A program made the translations under genes and the position numbers. A DNA stretch of 63,999 nucleotides, the filler included, from Dirinaria sp. TL-2023a (lineage: Eukaryota): assembly GCA_051941275.1 (NCBI GenBank). It is 8 parts of 8 records of this genome, joined end to end, with 100 filler letters (N's around TTAATTAATTAA, not from the genome) between each part and the next. Parts side by side here need not be neighbours in the genome. Positions count along the whole stretch, not along the records: positions 48,270 to 56,201 come from JAVEBF010001256.1; positions 56,302 to 63,999 come from JAVEBF010001279.1; 6 more parts are not named here. One strand, 5' to 3'. The notes under the pieces were generated by a model, which worked only from the letters and a program-made list of their open reading frames with translations, was not told the DNA's origin and did not search any database. Shown here piece by piece: positions 53,101 through 62,740 of this stretch; the stretch's first letter is position 1; every line of letters begins with the position of its first letter.

Positions 53101-54784
53101 GCGCGTCCTGCGTGCAGCAGAATGGGCCGAGAGTGAGGTCAAAATCGCCAAGGACTCCCTTTGGTACGAGAGGCTTGGGAATACGCTTTTGCACTATGAA
53201 GAATTCGATCGCGCTAAGGAAGCATATTCCAGGGCAAAGGAGCTCCCAGATTGCTTTTGGATGGTCTCTAAGAAGCTTGCAAAGACATATGCAATGAGCA
53301 ACCAGAAAGGTTTGGCTGTTCAAGAGATGGACGTTGCCATTGCACATTTCAGGGAAAAAGTAATGGCCGATGACGAGAAAGCCGAGTTGATTAAGTGCCT
53401 TTTAAAATCAGCGAATTGGCAGGTTGAGCTCCAAAGCTTCGCCGATGCGACTCAAAGGTTGCGAGAAGCGATTCAAATCGATGAGCACCATCATCGAAGT
53501 CATTACGAGCTTCTCAAAGTTTTTGTCGCCACAGAGCAGAAAATTGAAGCACTGAAAATCCTCAGTGATATGGCAGCGCGGACTGTCGAGGGCGATAGTC
53601 TAACTCAACTGGCATCTATGTTTTTAGAATTCCCGACTTGGGACTATCCTGCTGAGTATTTTGAAACAGTTTTTGGTGTGGCCAAAGATGATGATATGTT
53701 TCAGGTCGTGTTAGGGTCTCTGCACAGCGCACTCACATTCGCACAGGAAAGCGGCGAAAGTAGTAGGGTGGTCGATCTGCTCCTGTGGCAAGGAGTTGCA
53801 CTTGCTTGGTGTGAAACCGAAGAAAATCATCGATCCGCTTTGGTGCGATGGAGAGAGTGTTGTAAGCTAGGGATCCGGCTACAGGACTGGAGCCCTTGGG
53901 ACAGTGCGTTTGCTGCTGCGAGACATTTATTCAGCTCTCTTTACGTGGAGGCCCAATCGGTACAAAGCACGACTAGCGACCTGAGGCCTCAGGAAAGAGA
54001 ATTGAATAAACTCCTAGAAAACACAAACGACGCATATGCAGCACAAAGGCTGCGTTTATCGCTTGCGAGTCTCTACAGATTGCAAGGGAAGCAGGGTGCC
54101 GCTCAAAAGCTGCTTCTGAACGACATGAAATCCGGGATTGATCTTCTCTCTGACGACGATCCTGAGAACGACGTCTTCGGCTATTCTGCGATGGCCAATA
54201 TATTGATGCATACAGGAGATGACTTGAACGCCTTGAGCGCGTGGTCACTGTTTGGTCCTAATGCGCGGTACACAAAAATTGACACGGAGCGCACAGAAAC
54301 AGATGAAAATAACAATGCTCGGAGCGAAGCATCAGCTCCAATAGAGGAACTTCCTTCTGAGGGAGAGCAAGCTGAATATTTGGGCTACTCCTGCGACGGG
54401 CGATGTAACAAGTCGCTGACGTACGCCGACAACGTTTGGTTCTGCAAAGTGTGCGATGACATCCAGTTTCATGATGAGTGCCTCGACAAGCTCCGCAAAG
54501 GCACGCTGACCCGTTTCGTCTGCAACAAGGACCATGAGTGGCTGCGTGTCCCTTCCTGGATCGACGAATATCGGGCTACAGGAAAGAATCGTGTGCGGGT
54601 CGGAGGCGAGCTTCAGGATGGCAAGCGCATAGGAGGGCAGATCGTGGCCGTTGATGAGTTCGTTGATATGATCAGAGAGAAGTGGGGTATCGAAAAGCCT
54701 CCGAAGGAGCCGTCAACTGGAGACCAAGATGAGGGCAATGCGACGGAAACTGAAAATAGTGGGGACCCACACAATGCTTCATAG
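50198..54784 (+). CDS. Fungal NLR-like STAND protein: N-terminal Goodbye-like domain, NACHT NTPase, TPR repeats, C-terminal ZZ-like Zn finger (1528 aa)
   Basis: N-terminal MW.EA...F...T and LGGIAAQGASAVFGPA; TGSWL; Walker A GKSGCGKS; Walker B VLLFDGLD; TPR-like helices; CDGRC...FCKVC.D...HDEC...C...H. Confidence 0.88.
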   Translation: MAMQKDEQTFKEMWKEARIKFEELTDKSLVQSKNRSLDDVLRELNKRFNPPINDENRKQQRVKELASNVLKFIQLLGGIAAQGASAVFGPANMCFNAMHFLIDIPVRVSKFYDDLALLFEEISTFMQQFKIYQRIEQFATVDIELKRSTHKLMIMFVDVCAISIDVLSGSKLKTWKKLTKLALFDNDSGIAAKLDEFRRLIDHQSQISDAVTLEHVLKSEAELSSSMRNVVDILNKAAEDSRQLLEAKSQEIQDELKDTHDDVRTVKAGTEVLVNDVVDRSSMKKNQDYYDLICKKFPDAHEKFQTLEKDFDQIRNNSLQNTGSWLEGNDVYKQWADFESEDSLLLLGGKSGCGKSHLAIAILDSLKKRHNVANDDSMRVSLASYRFQKPEKPSRDDAIKDALKCIAVQIAKQNLVYRKNLSSYLESKDLSFLRDLSVQDFFKDLIPPPNMKDTQGTAYVLLFDGLDQLSADVANQLLAAIFALESAKTRSMVIGTDEFFQSCLKSQGRSLDVIPNIRIVDHNVADVKSFIDSELQACQVLQGDAREIIAIKNTVREKLPDIVEGNFNEAKQIIERVSEGVESEKSVEDIKKLVSEETLMNKDAATERLVKDLNESLNAQEIEQLNELLIWTIYAYKYLSVDEMRAALYLRTKRTPLQSLEDKVARKYSKLLQIDTDNNNTFWMKNDYLEDFFVKSKRQKQEIDTNEVNDPRISMTITIDHVKLSKIQRFFWDLSEKIVLDKFAFTSSLTGPNDTVKIGANKTESHLLLVRRCFDLLLGEPVEETKILCEYALINLLTHLHFLLEEVASGLLESIERVNIVDELVILLQSPDCIERHLTERYFWQRCWLDPEWELQTIQLWLCDSEAMSRLNRKGLSWLKKVQSAGRLSALKDIAAMIARHWLCFRTWPAELPFQWIDTFLGQSVQDEAQPRDLGRPLDSGDEGNSRQEDENKHPGEAPTSETTTFGARVLRAAEWAESEVKIAKDSLWYERLGNTLLHYEEFDRAKEAYSRAKELPDCFWMVSKKLAKTYAMSNQKGLAVQEMDVAIAHFREKVMADDEKAELIKCLLKSANWQVELQSFADATQRLREAIQIDEHHHRSHYELLKVFVATEQKIEALKILSDMAARTVEGDSLTQLASMFLEFPTWDYPAEYFETVFGVAKDDDMFQVVLGSLHSALTFAQESGESSRVVDLLLWQGVALAWCETEENHRSALVRWRECCKLGIRLQDWSPWDSAFAAARHLFSSLYVEAQSVQSTTSDLRPQERELNKLLENTNDAYAAQRLRLSLASLYRLQGKQGAAQKLLLNDMKSGIDLLSDDDPENDVFGYSAMANILMHTGDDLNALSAWSLFGPNARYTKIDTERTETDENNNARSEASAPIEELPSEGEQAEYLGYSCDGRCNKSLTYADNVWFCKVCDDIQFHDECLDKLRKGTLTRFVCNKDHEWLRVPSWIDEYRATGKNRVRVGGELQDGKRIGGQIVAVDEFVDMIREKWGIEKPPKEPSTGDQDEGNATETENSGDPHNAS

Positions 54785-56201
54785 GTTTGGTTGTCTGCTA
54801 TGTACTACTCTTCCTAGATAGAGCAGTACCCGGAACAGTACTCATAGATCTGGGATCTCCAAGCGATACGACCCAGGAGCAGCAGTGTTCAGAAGCACTG
54901 CGACAGGCGAGCGAAATCAGACAACAAGCCTCAAGGAGCCGAGCTTTTGACCTTACCGGTGTCCCAGTCTAACAGGCGTTATGGTAATTTAAAGTTTGGA
55001 AGCAACAGTACTTTTTAATACGCTTACGGCCTACGCACTAAATTAGTGACGATCCCTTTCCCGACATGATTGGATATCCCCTTTCAATTGATGATAGCAC
55101 GTTCATCCTGTCTTCAAAGTCGTTCGTTTCCCGAGCAATGACTTGCTTCCAGCATCGTCCAAGAAAAACCGCCCAGCAGTTCCCAGCCTTAGACCCTATG
55201 GCTAGCTTAGCAAACCCAACGCATTTCGAGAATGGCGCTGCTTTAGCAGACTTCCATTGCTTGATGCAAACACTAATCTCAACAATGAGCCACTGTTGCT
55301 TACTGCACCTCACAACGCCGAATCTACAACACGTTGTAAAAGTCCTCGTCGACCGATATGAAGAGCCTAGCGAGACAGAAAAGACGAAATATTAATGCAA
55401 AGGCACGCAGGTAATTTATCTACTACTACTATGTCTTCTAAATTCCCTTCGAAAGAAGTGAAATGGAGAAAGGAAGATCTGTTTTGAGATGCTGCGATCT
55501 TCAGCAGATACGGTGGCCTGGTAAGCAGACTTACAGTATCCTGCTCGTTGAAACGCTGCAGAGGGAACCCAAAGAGAGTGGAACGTACGATTGAAAATAA
55601 GATATAAACAACGAGTGCTAAGTGAGATAAGTGCCAGATCTACATTGACTAGCAGTTTCAACCTCACTTTTTATCGAATGGTCCATATGCTCTGAGGGTT
55701 GTCTCCTTAGTAGCACCGAGCGAATCTCTCATGGGAATAGCAAGTCGGCTTTTCAAATGGCTTTTAGGACTGGCTTGACCATGGAATTCATGTCGAGGGC
55801 CTTTTCTTGATTTATGTTGAGAAAAATCTTCGTTCGGAATATATCGTATTATTGAACTAGGTGACCCAATTGGAGTCGCATATCGTTCTATTCTGCATAC
55901 TTCTATGTGTATGTAGGTTGGTTATTTACATGGCAACCTTTATGTGCGGAGGTCTATACCCCGATTGGGCCTAGTGCCCTCTCTGCCGGGTATGCCCTAT
56001 GCCGCTCACTTTCCAACACGTACAGATAATATTTCTACCTCTCCAAAATAACGCAGCCATGCAAAAAGTAGTTGTCTAACTAGATTATATGCATGTTATC
56101 TCTGCACTCGAGACTCGATTTTTGTCTTATTATTAAATACAGCGCAATTTCATTCTCTCTTTTTCTTCTTTCAACAATCATATTCGACTTTCCCTCTACA
56201 C

Positions 56202-56301
56202 NNNNNNNNNNNNNNNNNNNNNNNNNNNNNNNNNNNNNNNNNNNNTTAATTAATTAANNNNNNNNNNNNNNNNNNNNNNNNNNNNNNNNNNNNNNNNNNN
56301 N
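56202..56301. other. Artificial contig linker
   Basis: 44 N + TTAATTAATTAA + 44 N. Confidence 0.99.
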
Positions 56302-56520
56302 ACCAGTGACCCGCACAATAACATCTCGTTTGTTGTCGTCGAAGAGGATAGGTTTGGCGACTTCGATAAGCCGGACATCACCCTTCCCCTTCCAGACCAG
56401 AGCCTTCATTGTTTCCGTAGGATGTCCATACTTTTGGCGGTCTTTGCTTGGATTGCTCACGTCTTGTGTAATGGCATCGCTGCTCTGGACGTTTCTATGC
56501 CGAATACTTGTGCTGGACAT
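56302..56520 (-). CDS. Zn-dependent MDR alcohol/formaldehyde dehydrogenase-like protein, N-terminal fragment (truncated by contig start)
   Basis: TQDVSNPSKDRQKYGHPTETMKALVWKGKGDVRLIEVAKP....RDVIVRVTG matches the start of the GroES-like ADH_N domain and aligns by eye with the 58234 gene (HPTEKMKAAQW..RDAIVQVT). Confidence 0.8.
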
Positions 56521-56650
56521 TGTTGACAGTCTTGTTAAGCAGATAAATAGGAACTGTCTATTCAGAAAGCTGTATGTTGGCACAACTGATAGTGGTTGGA
56601 GTTAGTTGAGCAGTAAAAGACGGACAATATTAGCACAAGCTTCGTTTGAC

Positions 56651-56850
56651 GCAGTATCACGTCAGTTTCTTGCCGGTAACTATCCGGGAAGGAGGACTGT
56701 AGATATGTCATGATGATGCTGGTACCCCTCAAGAGCTCCAGGAGATCTTCGCTTAATGCAGTATCACGTTAGTTTCTTGCCGGCAACTATCCGGGAAGGA
56801 GGACTGTAGATATGTCATGGTGATGTTGGTGCTCCTCGAGGGGTCCAGGA
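56651..56850. repeat. Tandem ~93-bp duplication (period 107) in the divergent promoter
   Basis: GCAGTATCACGT(C/T)AGTTTCTTGCCGG(T/C)AACTATCCGGGAAGGAGGACTGTAGATATGTCATG... occurs at 56651 and 56758. Confidence 0.95.
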
Positions 56851-57076
56851 AGTCCCGTGGCATGCTCATAGGAATACCCGGTCCAGTTGGGGAACTTTGT
56901 TATGTAGAGAGCTCGGCAGCTTCGTAATGGCATTATCCATCCGGATGGACCGATGAGAGGCTTCGAGTCGAGCTGGAAAAAATATATATGGTTAGGTACG
57001 CTTATCTGTGCGGACGTGGACGTGCAAACCATCCTCATTTAGAATATCCTAGCCTTCACACGATTCTGCTGTCGTG

Positions 57077-57541
57077 ATGGAGCAGTCCAACAATTCAGCG
57101 GTGCAAGCAGTGCCGCATCTCACTCTCTATGCCGCGCAGGTCGCCTCTGCTGCCGCTGTTACAAAGGCACAGCAAATACAGGTCCCGGAAAATATCGCCA
57201 TCGTGGACACTTCGGCTCGACTACTACACTTCCAACGCATGCCAGGGGCAAAGTATGCCAGTATTGACATTGCCATTAACAAAGCCTTCACCGCCGCGGC
57301 ATTTGGACTGCCCACACACGTGTACGGTGAGCAGGCCAAACCGGGCATGCCTCTGTTTGGTATCAACAACAGCAATGAGGGCAAGTTTATGATTATCGGA
57401 GGCGGACTACCAATTGAAATCGACGGGCAACTCGTTGGAGCTATTGGATGTAGTACTGGAACCCCTGAGGAGGATCGAAAGGTTGCGAAAGCTGGGGTCG
57501 ACGCGGTGCTGGAGAGCGTAAAGGTGGGGAAACTACAATAA
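57077..57541 (+). CDS. GlcG/HbpS-like heme-binding protein (DUF336)
   Basis: IAIVD...LLHFQRMPGA...SIDIAINKAFTA, GGGLPI..DGQLVGAIGCS.G..EED..VA; intronless. Confidence 0.88.
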   Translation: MEQSNNSAVQAVPHLTLYAAQVASAAAVTKAQQIQVPENIAIVDTSARLLHFQRMPGAKYASIDIAINKAFTAAAFGLPTHVYGEQAKPGMPLFGINNSNEGKFMIIGGGLPIEIDGQLVGAIGCSTGTPEEDRKVAKAGVDAVLESVKVGKLQ

Positions 57542-58233
57542 GTTAATTAGGCAGCTCCTCGGCGATCCAATATTGCTTTGAGTCTTTCGCCATGTATTAT
57601 TTTAATTTTGCCGACTAAATAACTTTATATCCGTCTCCTACTTCGGTTTAAGATAGACAGCTTATGCACATCAGGGTAAAACTTGTGCCACCTGCATATA
57701 CCATTGTATTCGATAAGCTTTATGCGACCTCGTGAACACACGGCTGCCATCACGATCATCTGCTAAATATGTCAACGAATCTCCACTATCCATATATTAG
57801 ATTGCATCATCATGATGAAGAGCGCTGCGCACCCCTGTTTAGTGGATTTGGTACCTTTTTGACTGCTCAAGCAGCTCGCATTTTTCATGCGGCGCGGTCG
57901 TACAAACCCCTGTCCCTCTTACTTTACATGCCTTTAGAATTATGTCATAGTGATTACGGGCCCACGCAACAAACATGTTACCATCGGAGATATTCTCCAT
58001 CACGACGGGGCGATTGGCTTCCTATAACCGATAACCATGCACTTGTTTCGATGTAAGAACTGTCATGTTGAGGAATGCTGTAGCAAAGGCGTTCCCAAGG
58101 CCCAGATTATATTTTGTATACAAATAATTTGTTCCTCTCCTTTCTTCTCTCTGCTAATCGTTTGAAGTGTCAAGAGCTAAAGGCAACTTAACTTACAGAA
58201 TTTGGCTACCAAAAACCCTCTCATTTCTCCACA

Positions 58234-59657
58234 ATGGGGGATTTGAATAAAGTTCCACCGTTAGTCTTCTCCTTAGCTTCACCATGTCGTCTCTTTGTTG
58301 ACAAGAGCGAAGTCCAGTCTACACGACGGAGTACAAGCCACATCCAACGGAGAAGATGAAAGCGGCCCAATGGATGGGCACCAAATCCGTCAAGATCGGC
58401 GAGGTTCCGAAGCCCATCATCACCGCGCCCAGAGACGCGATTGTCCAGGTAACGCACTGCTGCATCTGCGGTTCAGACCTACACATGTACGGCGGTGAAA
58501 TGAACATGGCGATGCAGAAAGGGGACATCTTGGGCCATGAGGCGATCGGGTACATCGAGGAGGTCGGGCCGGAGGTCCAGAACTTCAAGGCCGGGGAGCG
58601 TGTCATCATCCTGCCTGTCATCGCCTGCGGTGAGTGTTTCTACTGCCAGAACCAGCAGTACTCGCTCTGCGACACGACCAACCCGTCTCAGGACATGGCC
58701 AACCTGTACGGCCACCGCCTGTCCGGCATCTTCGGATACTCCCACCTTACCGGTGGGTACCCAGGCGACCAGGCCGAATTCTGCCGTGTGCCCAATGCCG
58801 ATCTTGTGCTTCTCAAGTGTCCCGAAGACATGCCCGCGAAAAAGGCTCTTGCCTTGGCCGACGTTACTGATACCGCCTGGCACGGTGTCGAGCTTGCCGA
58901 GGTCCGCGAAGGCGACGTCGTCGGTGTCTGGGGTTGCGGCCCCATTGGTCTCTCGATCCAGAAGCTATCCAAAGAGATCCGTGGCGCTCAGAAGGTGTAT
59001 GCAGTCGACAAGGACCCTCAGCGTCTCAAGATTGCGGAGTCGTTTGGCATGATTCCCGTAGACGCTTCGAAGGTCAAGCCCGATGAGTATATCCTGTCTA
59101 TTGAGCCGCATGGTCTTGACCGCGGTATCGAAGCAAGCGGCTTCCGCAGCACAGATTCGGCTACGCACAAGATCATGAGGGCGACGGGACTCGAAGGAGA
59201 CAGCACGGACACCGTCAGCGAGGTAATCAAGGCGACGCGGAAGTGTGGGAACGTGGCATTGATCGGAGACTTCTTCTTTAACACGAACATGTTCCCCATC
59301 GGCATGTTGATGGAAAAGACCATCACTCTGCGCGGTGGACAGCTAATGGCGCAGAAGGTATGACGTCATCGCCCACCTTGATGCTAAGGCGCGGCTAGCT
59401 GATTCCCTGCAGTACTACCCGTTCCTCTTGGACTTGGTTAAGGAAGGGAAGTATGATCCTTCGTTTGTGTTCACTAATGTCGGTAAGTCGAGGACCGTCT
59501 TCAATTTAATGCCTGACAGCGCTAATAATAGCATCTGCTAGATGACTTTGAGAACATTCCCCAAGAGTATGACATGCAGTTCCATCAGACGGTACCCCAA
59601 GGATTGAAATCGATCATGGTGACTTCCTACGGTCACCAATTGGATCAGCCGTTATAA
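58234..59657 (+). CDS. Zn-dependent MDR dehydrogenase, formaldehyde-dehydrogenase-like (YbdR/FDH-like); 3 introns
   Basis: CICGSDLH, GHE, structural Zn CGEC.YC.......C, GIFGYSHLTGGYPGDQAE and Rossmann GCGPIG. Spliced N-terminus MGDLNKVPPPVYTTEYKPHPTEKM and C-terminus ...YGHQLDQPL*. Confidence 0.92.
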
Positions 59658-60134
59658 GCGTTATCAATGGAGTGTTTCGAACTAAGGGGTGTGTCATGAC
59701 TGGAAGTAAGGTTAGCTCATAATACATGCGAAACAGTGTAACAGTGACCCGAACATGCCTCTTCGAAGTACCCACTTGCTGCAAACAAAGCCGCAGTAGC
59801 CAGCGGTGGCGGCGAACTTATTGTTGTTGACAGGGGGAGGTTGTAATGTTATAACGGTGATATGATCAGGTAGGTAAGGCCCGAAGTCAGCCAATTCGGA
59901 TAACTCTACGGCTCGCAATAGCCGGATCTCTTTGCTTCCTCTGTGTTTAAGTCTCTACCACACTGGGATCGGCATGTAGTAGAGCAACACTATGGTAGTA
60001 GGGCTGAAAGTAACGGGCGGAAGTGTTTAGGTGGACCGTAGAGAACATATATATTTAAGTTTTTTGACGAATTTTGATTTATGTATTGGTGCTGGACTGA
60101 ATAGAAGAGAGTGAAGACAAGTTTAAGATTGGAG

Positions 60135-62740
60135 TATGTTATATTATGTTATGTTGTTCTATCAAGCTATGCACAGATCTAATGTCCGTATGAGCTGTCC
60201 CTAAACGTCAACCTTACATTGTTCACTCTCCACAGCTGCCTTGACTCAGATGTTCCCCAAATCTGGTTTTATGCGAGTGTGACTGGGGTAGCCACTCTGC
60301 GAGAGCACTGTTAGAGATGTTGTGGGGTTTGCGCCTGAGCCGCAAACCTGCCTGTACTTTTCGGAAATGCGATCGTGGCCTGCACCACGTCCATATTCGG
60401 CCGCCATTCATCGCCATCGATCCGCTTCCCGGACTTTGGATCAATCTTCCGACTTTTCCCTCCTAATAGAGAAGAAACGTCACCCCACCTCTCTCCTGCA
60501 GCCTCCTGCAACTCTCCTCTCTGTAACGCCCACAGTGGGCAATCCAGGATCACATGTTTGACGGACTCTACGCCGCGCTCACACTCACAAACAGCGCTGT
60601 CAATCTGGTGCGTGCGTGCCAGGTAATCCCGTAAATGAGTATGGCCCGTTCGTGCTTGTGCCAAAATTCCTGCATCCTCGCGCGTCAATGCACCGTACAG
60701 CACCAGCGTGTGCCTTCCTGGCAACGCACTGTCGATTGAATATGTATCCTTTCCCCACGTGGGCGCGCACTTAGGGATGTCCGCTTCCACCGCGATACGA
60801 AGAAGCTTCAAGGCCTCTGAGTGCTCTCTTGCCCGACGCTCAGGATCCGCGGTCGTCACGGGACCCTTCTCCGTGGTCTCTTGCGCAGCACAATGTGCTC
60901 TTTCGTTTCCCGGGATTCCTTTGTGCCCCGGTACCCAGAATAGCTTCACATGGATGCCTTCTTCCCGGAGAAGCTGGAGCTCTCGTAGCGTTGCTGACAC
61001 AACCTCCCTCGAAATCGTGGACCGACCCCGGTTCCTGATCCGCTTGAGAGCTTCCTGACTATCTGACACTATCCAAGCATTGCTTTGTACTTTTGATCTG
61101 CCGAACGTAGCCAAGCGTCGCCTTGATGGCGTGAATCTCCGAACTGATGGCAGTGCAAGTCGTTGCTCGCCCAATGGTTTCCTGGTGTACGACTTCGTAC
61201 GCATGTTTTCCCAACAACCTGTAGCATCTGACCGATGAGATGCCCGCCCATCCATTTCTCACCGACGCGTCTGTGTAATAAAGCTGATGCCGGGATAGAC
61301 CGCTCCGCAGTCGCCAGTGAATGCGGCGTGCCTCCGCTTCGTCATGGATGAACACGAAGTCGTGAAAGTCATGCCATGGTGGTAGGGTGTATGGTAGCCT
61401 TGGGGTGATCCCCAGACCTTTCTTTGCCTGGATCGCCTTGTAGTACCTGGACCAAATTTGGAAAAGTGGGCTTTTGCACCGATCGTTACGTCGTTCCATG
61501 TCATTCATGATAGTCCACAGTGGATGTTGTTGTGGCAATGCTCTCATATCCAACGCATGTTTAGCAGTCTTCTTTGCCAAGCGTGTCTCGACTGTAGCCA
61601 ATCCCGCTTCATCCTGAAGGACACCGGACGAGGCCGTTCGGAAGGCACCGATGATTGCTTGTGCTCCCATCCGTTGGATCTTCTCGAGCCGCGTGGTATG
61701 CTGTTGCACTCCGAGCTTGTCCCTCGCGTACCATGTCGATGCCGCATAGTCGGTTGTGGTGTCGATCACGGCTCGATGCAGCTGACGCATCTGCTTTGGT
61801 CGAATACCGCGCAACCGTCCTATTGCGAGACATTTCTTGGTTGCTGCCGTAATGATCCTATCCGTGTGTGCCGTCATGCAGAGCCTAGTGTCCAGCACGA
61901 CCCCAAGAATCTTGATTGTGTCTTGAGGTTTGATCTCAGAGTCGAAGAAGTGTAAAGCTGGCCTCGATTCTGTTATCACCGGTCTTCGCTCAAAATGTAT
62001 GAATCCTGTCTTACTCGCTTCGAACGTCGCCCCGCTTTCGTCCGACCACTGGGCCGCCGGTCGGAGCACGTCTGCCTGCAGCCTCTCAGTCGTCTCAACG
62101 CAGTTGGAACCTGTTCGCCATGCCGTGAAATCATCAATGAACTCAATCGAGCCGCCCTGTCTACCTATTCTACTTTCCACGAGATTTGCGTTATTAAAGA
62201 CGTAGAGCATCGGTGACAGCAGCGACCCTTGCGGAACTCCGGCGTGACGAATGGGCATACAGTCGGAGGTGTAGTTACCGACCACCACGCTCCCACTTCG
62301 GTCCTCGCAAAAACTGTGAATCCACCTAACCATCTTCTCGGGAATGCTTCGCTCCCGCAGTCGTACCTCTAGGACGGGCGGATGGACCCCGTTGAAAGCG
62401 CCTTGCACGTCGAAAGTGACAAGTGAGAGTACACGCTTGCCCTTCCATGCCTCGAAGATCTTTTCTATCAAGACGTCCAAGGCCTGTTCGCACGATCGTT
62501 GTTTCCTCGCGCCAAAATGGTTCGTGGGCAACAACGAGTACCTCTCTGCCAAATATGACAATCTCGCGGCGACGATGACTTCTAGACCCTTACTAATCGT
62601 AGGTAGCAGCGAGATAGGTCAATACGCTTTCGGGACCGTGTAGTCCGACTTTCCCGGTTTCTTGAGCGCCACGACCTTAGCTGTTCGCCACGACTTGGGC
62701 ACGTATCCTAGGTCCACGGATGCCTGGTACATCCATTTGC
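60135..62740 (-). mobile_element. 5'-truncated, degenerate non-LTR retrotransposon (LINE, Tad1-like clade) with RT, RNase H and C-terminal CCHC
   Basis: Y*PISLL (in-frame TGA at 62619), DVQGAF, GVPQGS, FIDD, LGVVLD; RNase H YTDAS, SDSQ, WVPGHKGIPGNERA; CECERGVESVKHVILDCP. There is a frameshift near 61060-61110 and an (ACATA)-like repeat tail at ~60135-60157. Confidence 0.9.

Noticed and set aside
43009..57541. Heme-themed cluster (HEM4, GlcG, plus DUF3445 and FRE elsewhere)
   Set aside because: The genes lie on different contigs separated by artificial linkers.
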